Shown: positions 63,861 through 64,000 of the stretch, piece by piece | Position numbering within the stretch: the first letter of the stretch is position 1 | Layout: the number at the start of each line of letters is the position of its first letter | Assembly: GCF_000485595.1 (NCBI RefSeq) | Contig: NW_014577066.1 | Coordinates: 854,113 to 918,112 of the forward strand | Direction: 5' to 3' | DNA from: Priapulus caudatus | Taxonomy: Eukaryota | DNA length: 64,000 nucleotides | Made by a program: the position numbers and the translations under genes | Notes under the pieces: model-generated | What the model was told of the DNA's origin: nothing | The model's input: the letters and a program-made list of their open reading frames with translations, nothing else | The model's database searches: none

Positions 63861-64000
63861 TCTTTAACAATTATGCCCTTACAACTACACAAGCAGGTCG
63901 CGTGTGTGCTGCTGAGCATATCACTCGCTCTGCTCGGTCACAGCACACGAGCCGACACGATGAGAGCCAGCATCGACGAGCACACGACGAGTCGCAACAC

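Noticed and set aside
62100..64000. ORFs at 62485-62931 and 63434-63856
   Set aside because: No recognisable motifs; the region looks like degraded, low-quality sequence and poly-T low complexity.

Overview
Draft-assembly eukaryotic DNA from a bilaterian invertebrate (spliceosomal introns, (TTAGGG)n-type repeats, many microsatellites, five N gaps); the species cannot be determined from the window. Four protein-coding genes were reconstructed by hand: an intronless dynactin subunit 2 (DCTN2, + 1636-2853), a 25-coding-exon FAM193 family gene (- 5151-22407, about 1335 aa), an intronless CRACD/KIAA1211-like gene (+ 24105-26939) head-to-head with FAM193, and a 7-coding-exon TspanC8 tetraspanin closest to TSPAN33 (- 34893-60940, 308 aa) with a 22 kb first intron and a probable GC-AG intron. 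Non-coding DNA carries many non-autonomous DNA transposons (Kolobok-type with TTAA, hAT-type with an 8-bp TSD, Mutator-type with a 9-bp TSD, long foldback elements), but no transposase gene is visible. The most unusual signal is a family of five 29-50 bp palindromes with CARGAG...CTCYTG ends, three of them with 7-bp target duplications, which resemble P-superfamily excision footprints or minimal elements. Gene names come from remembered family motifs, not from database searches.
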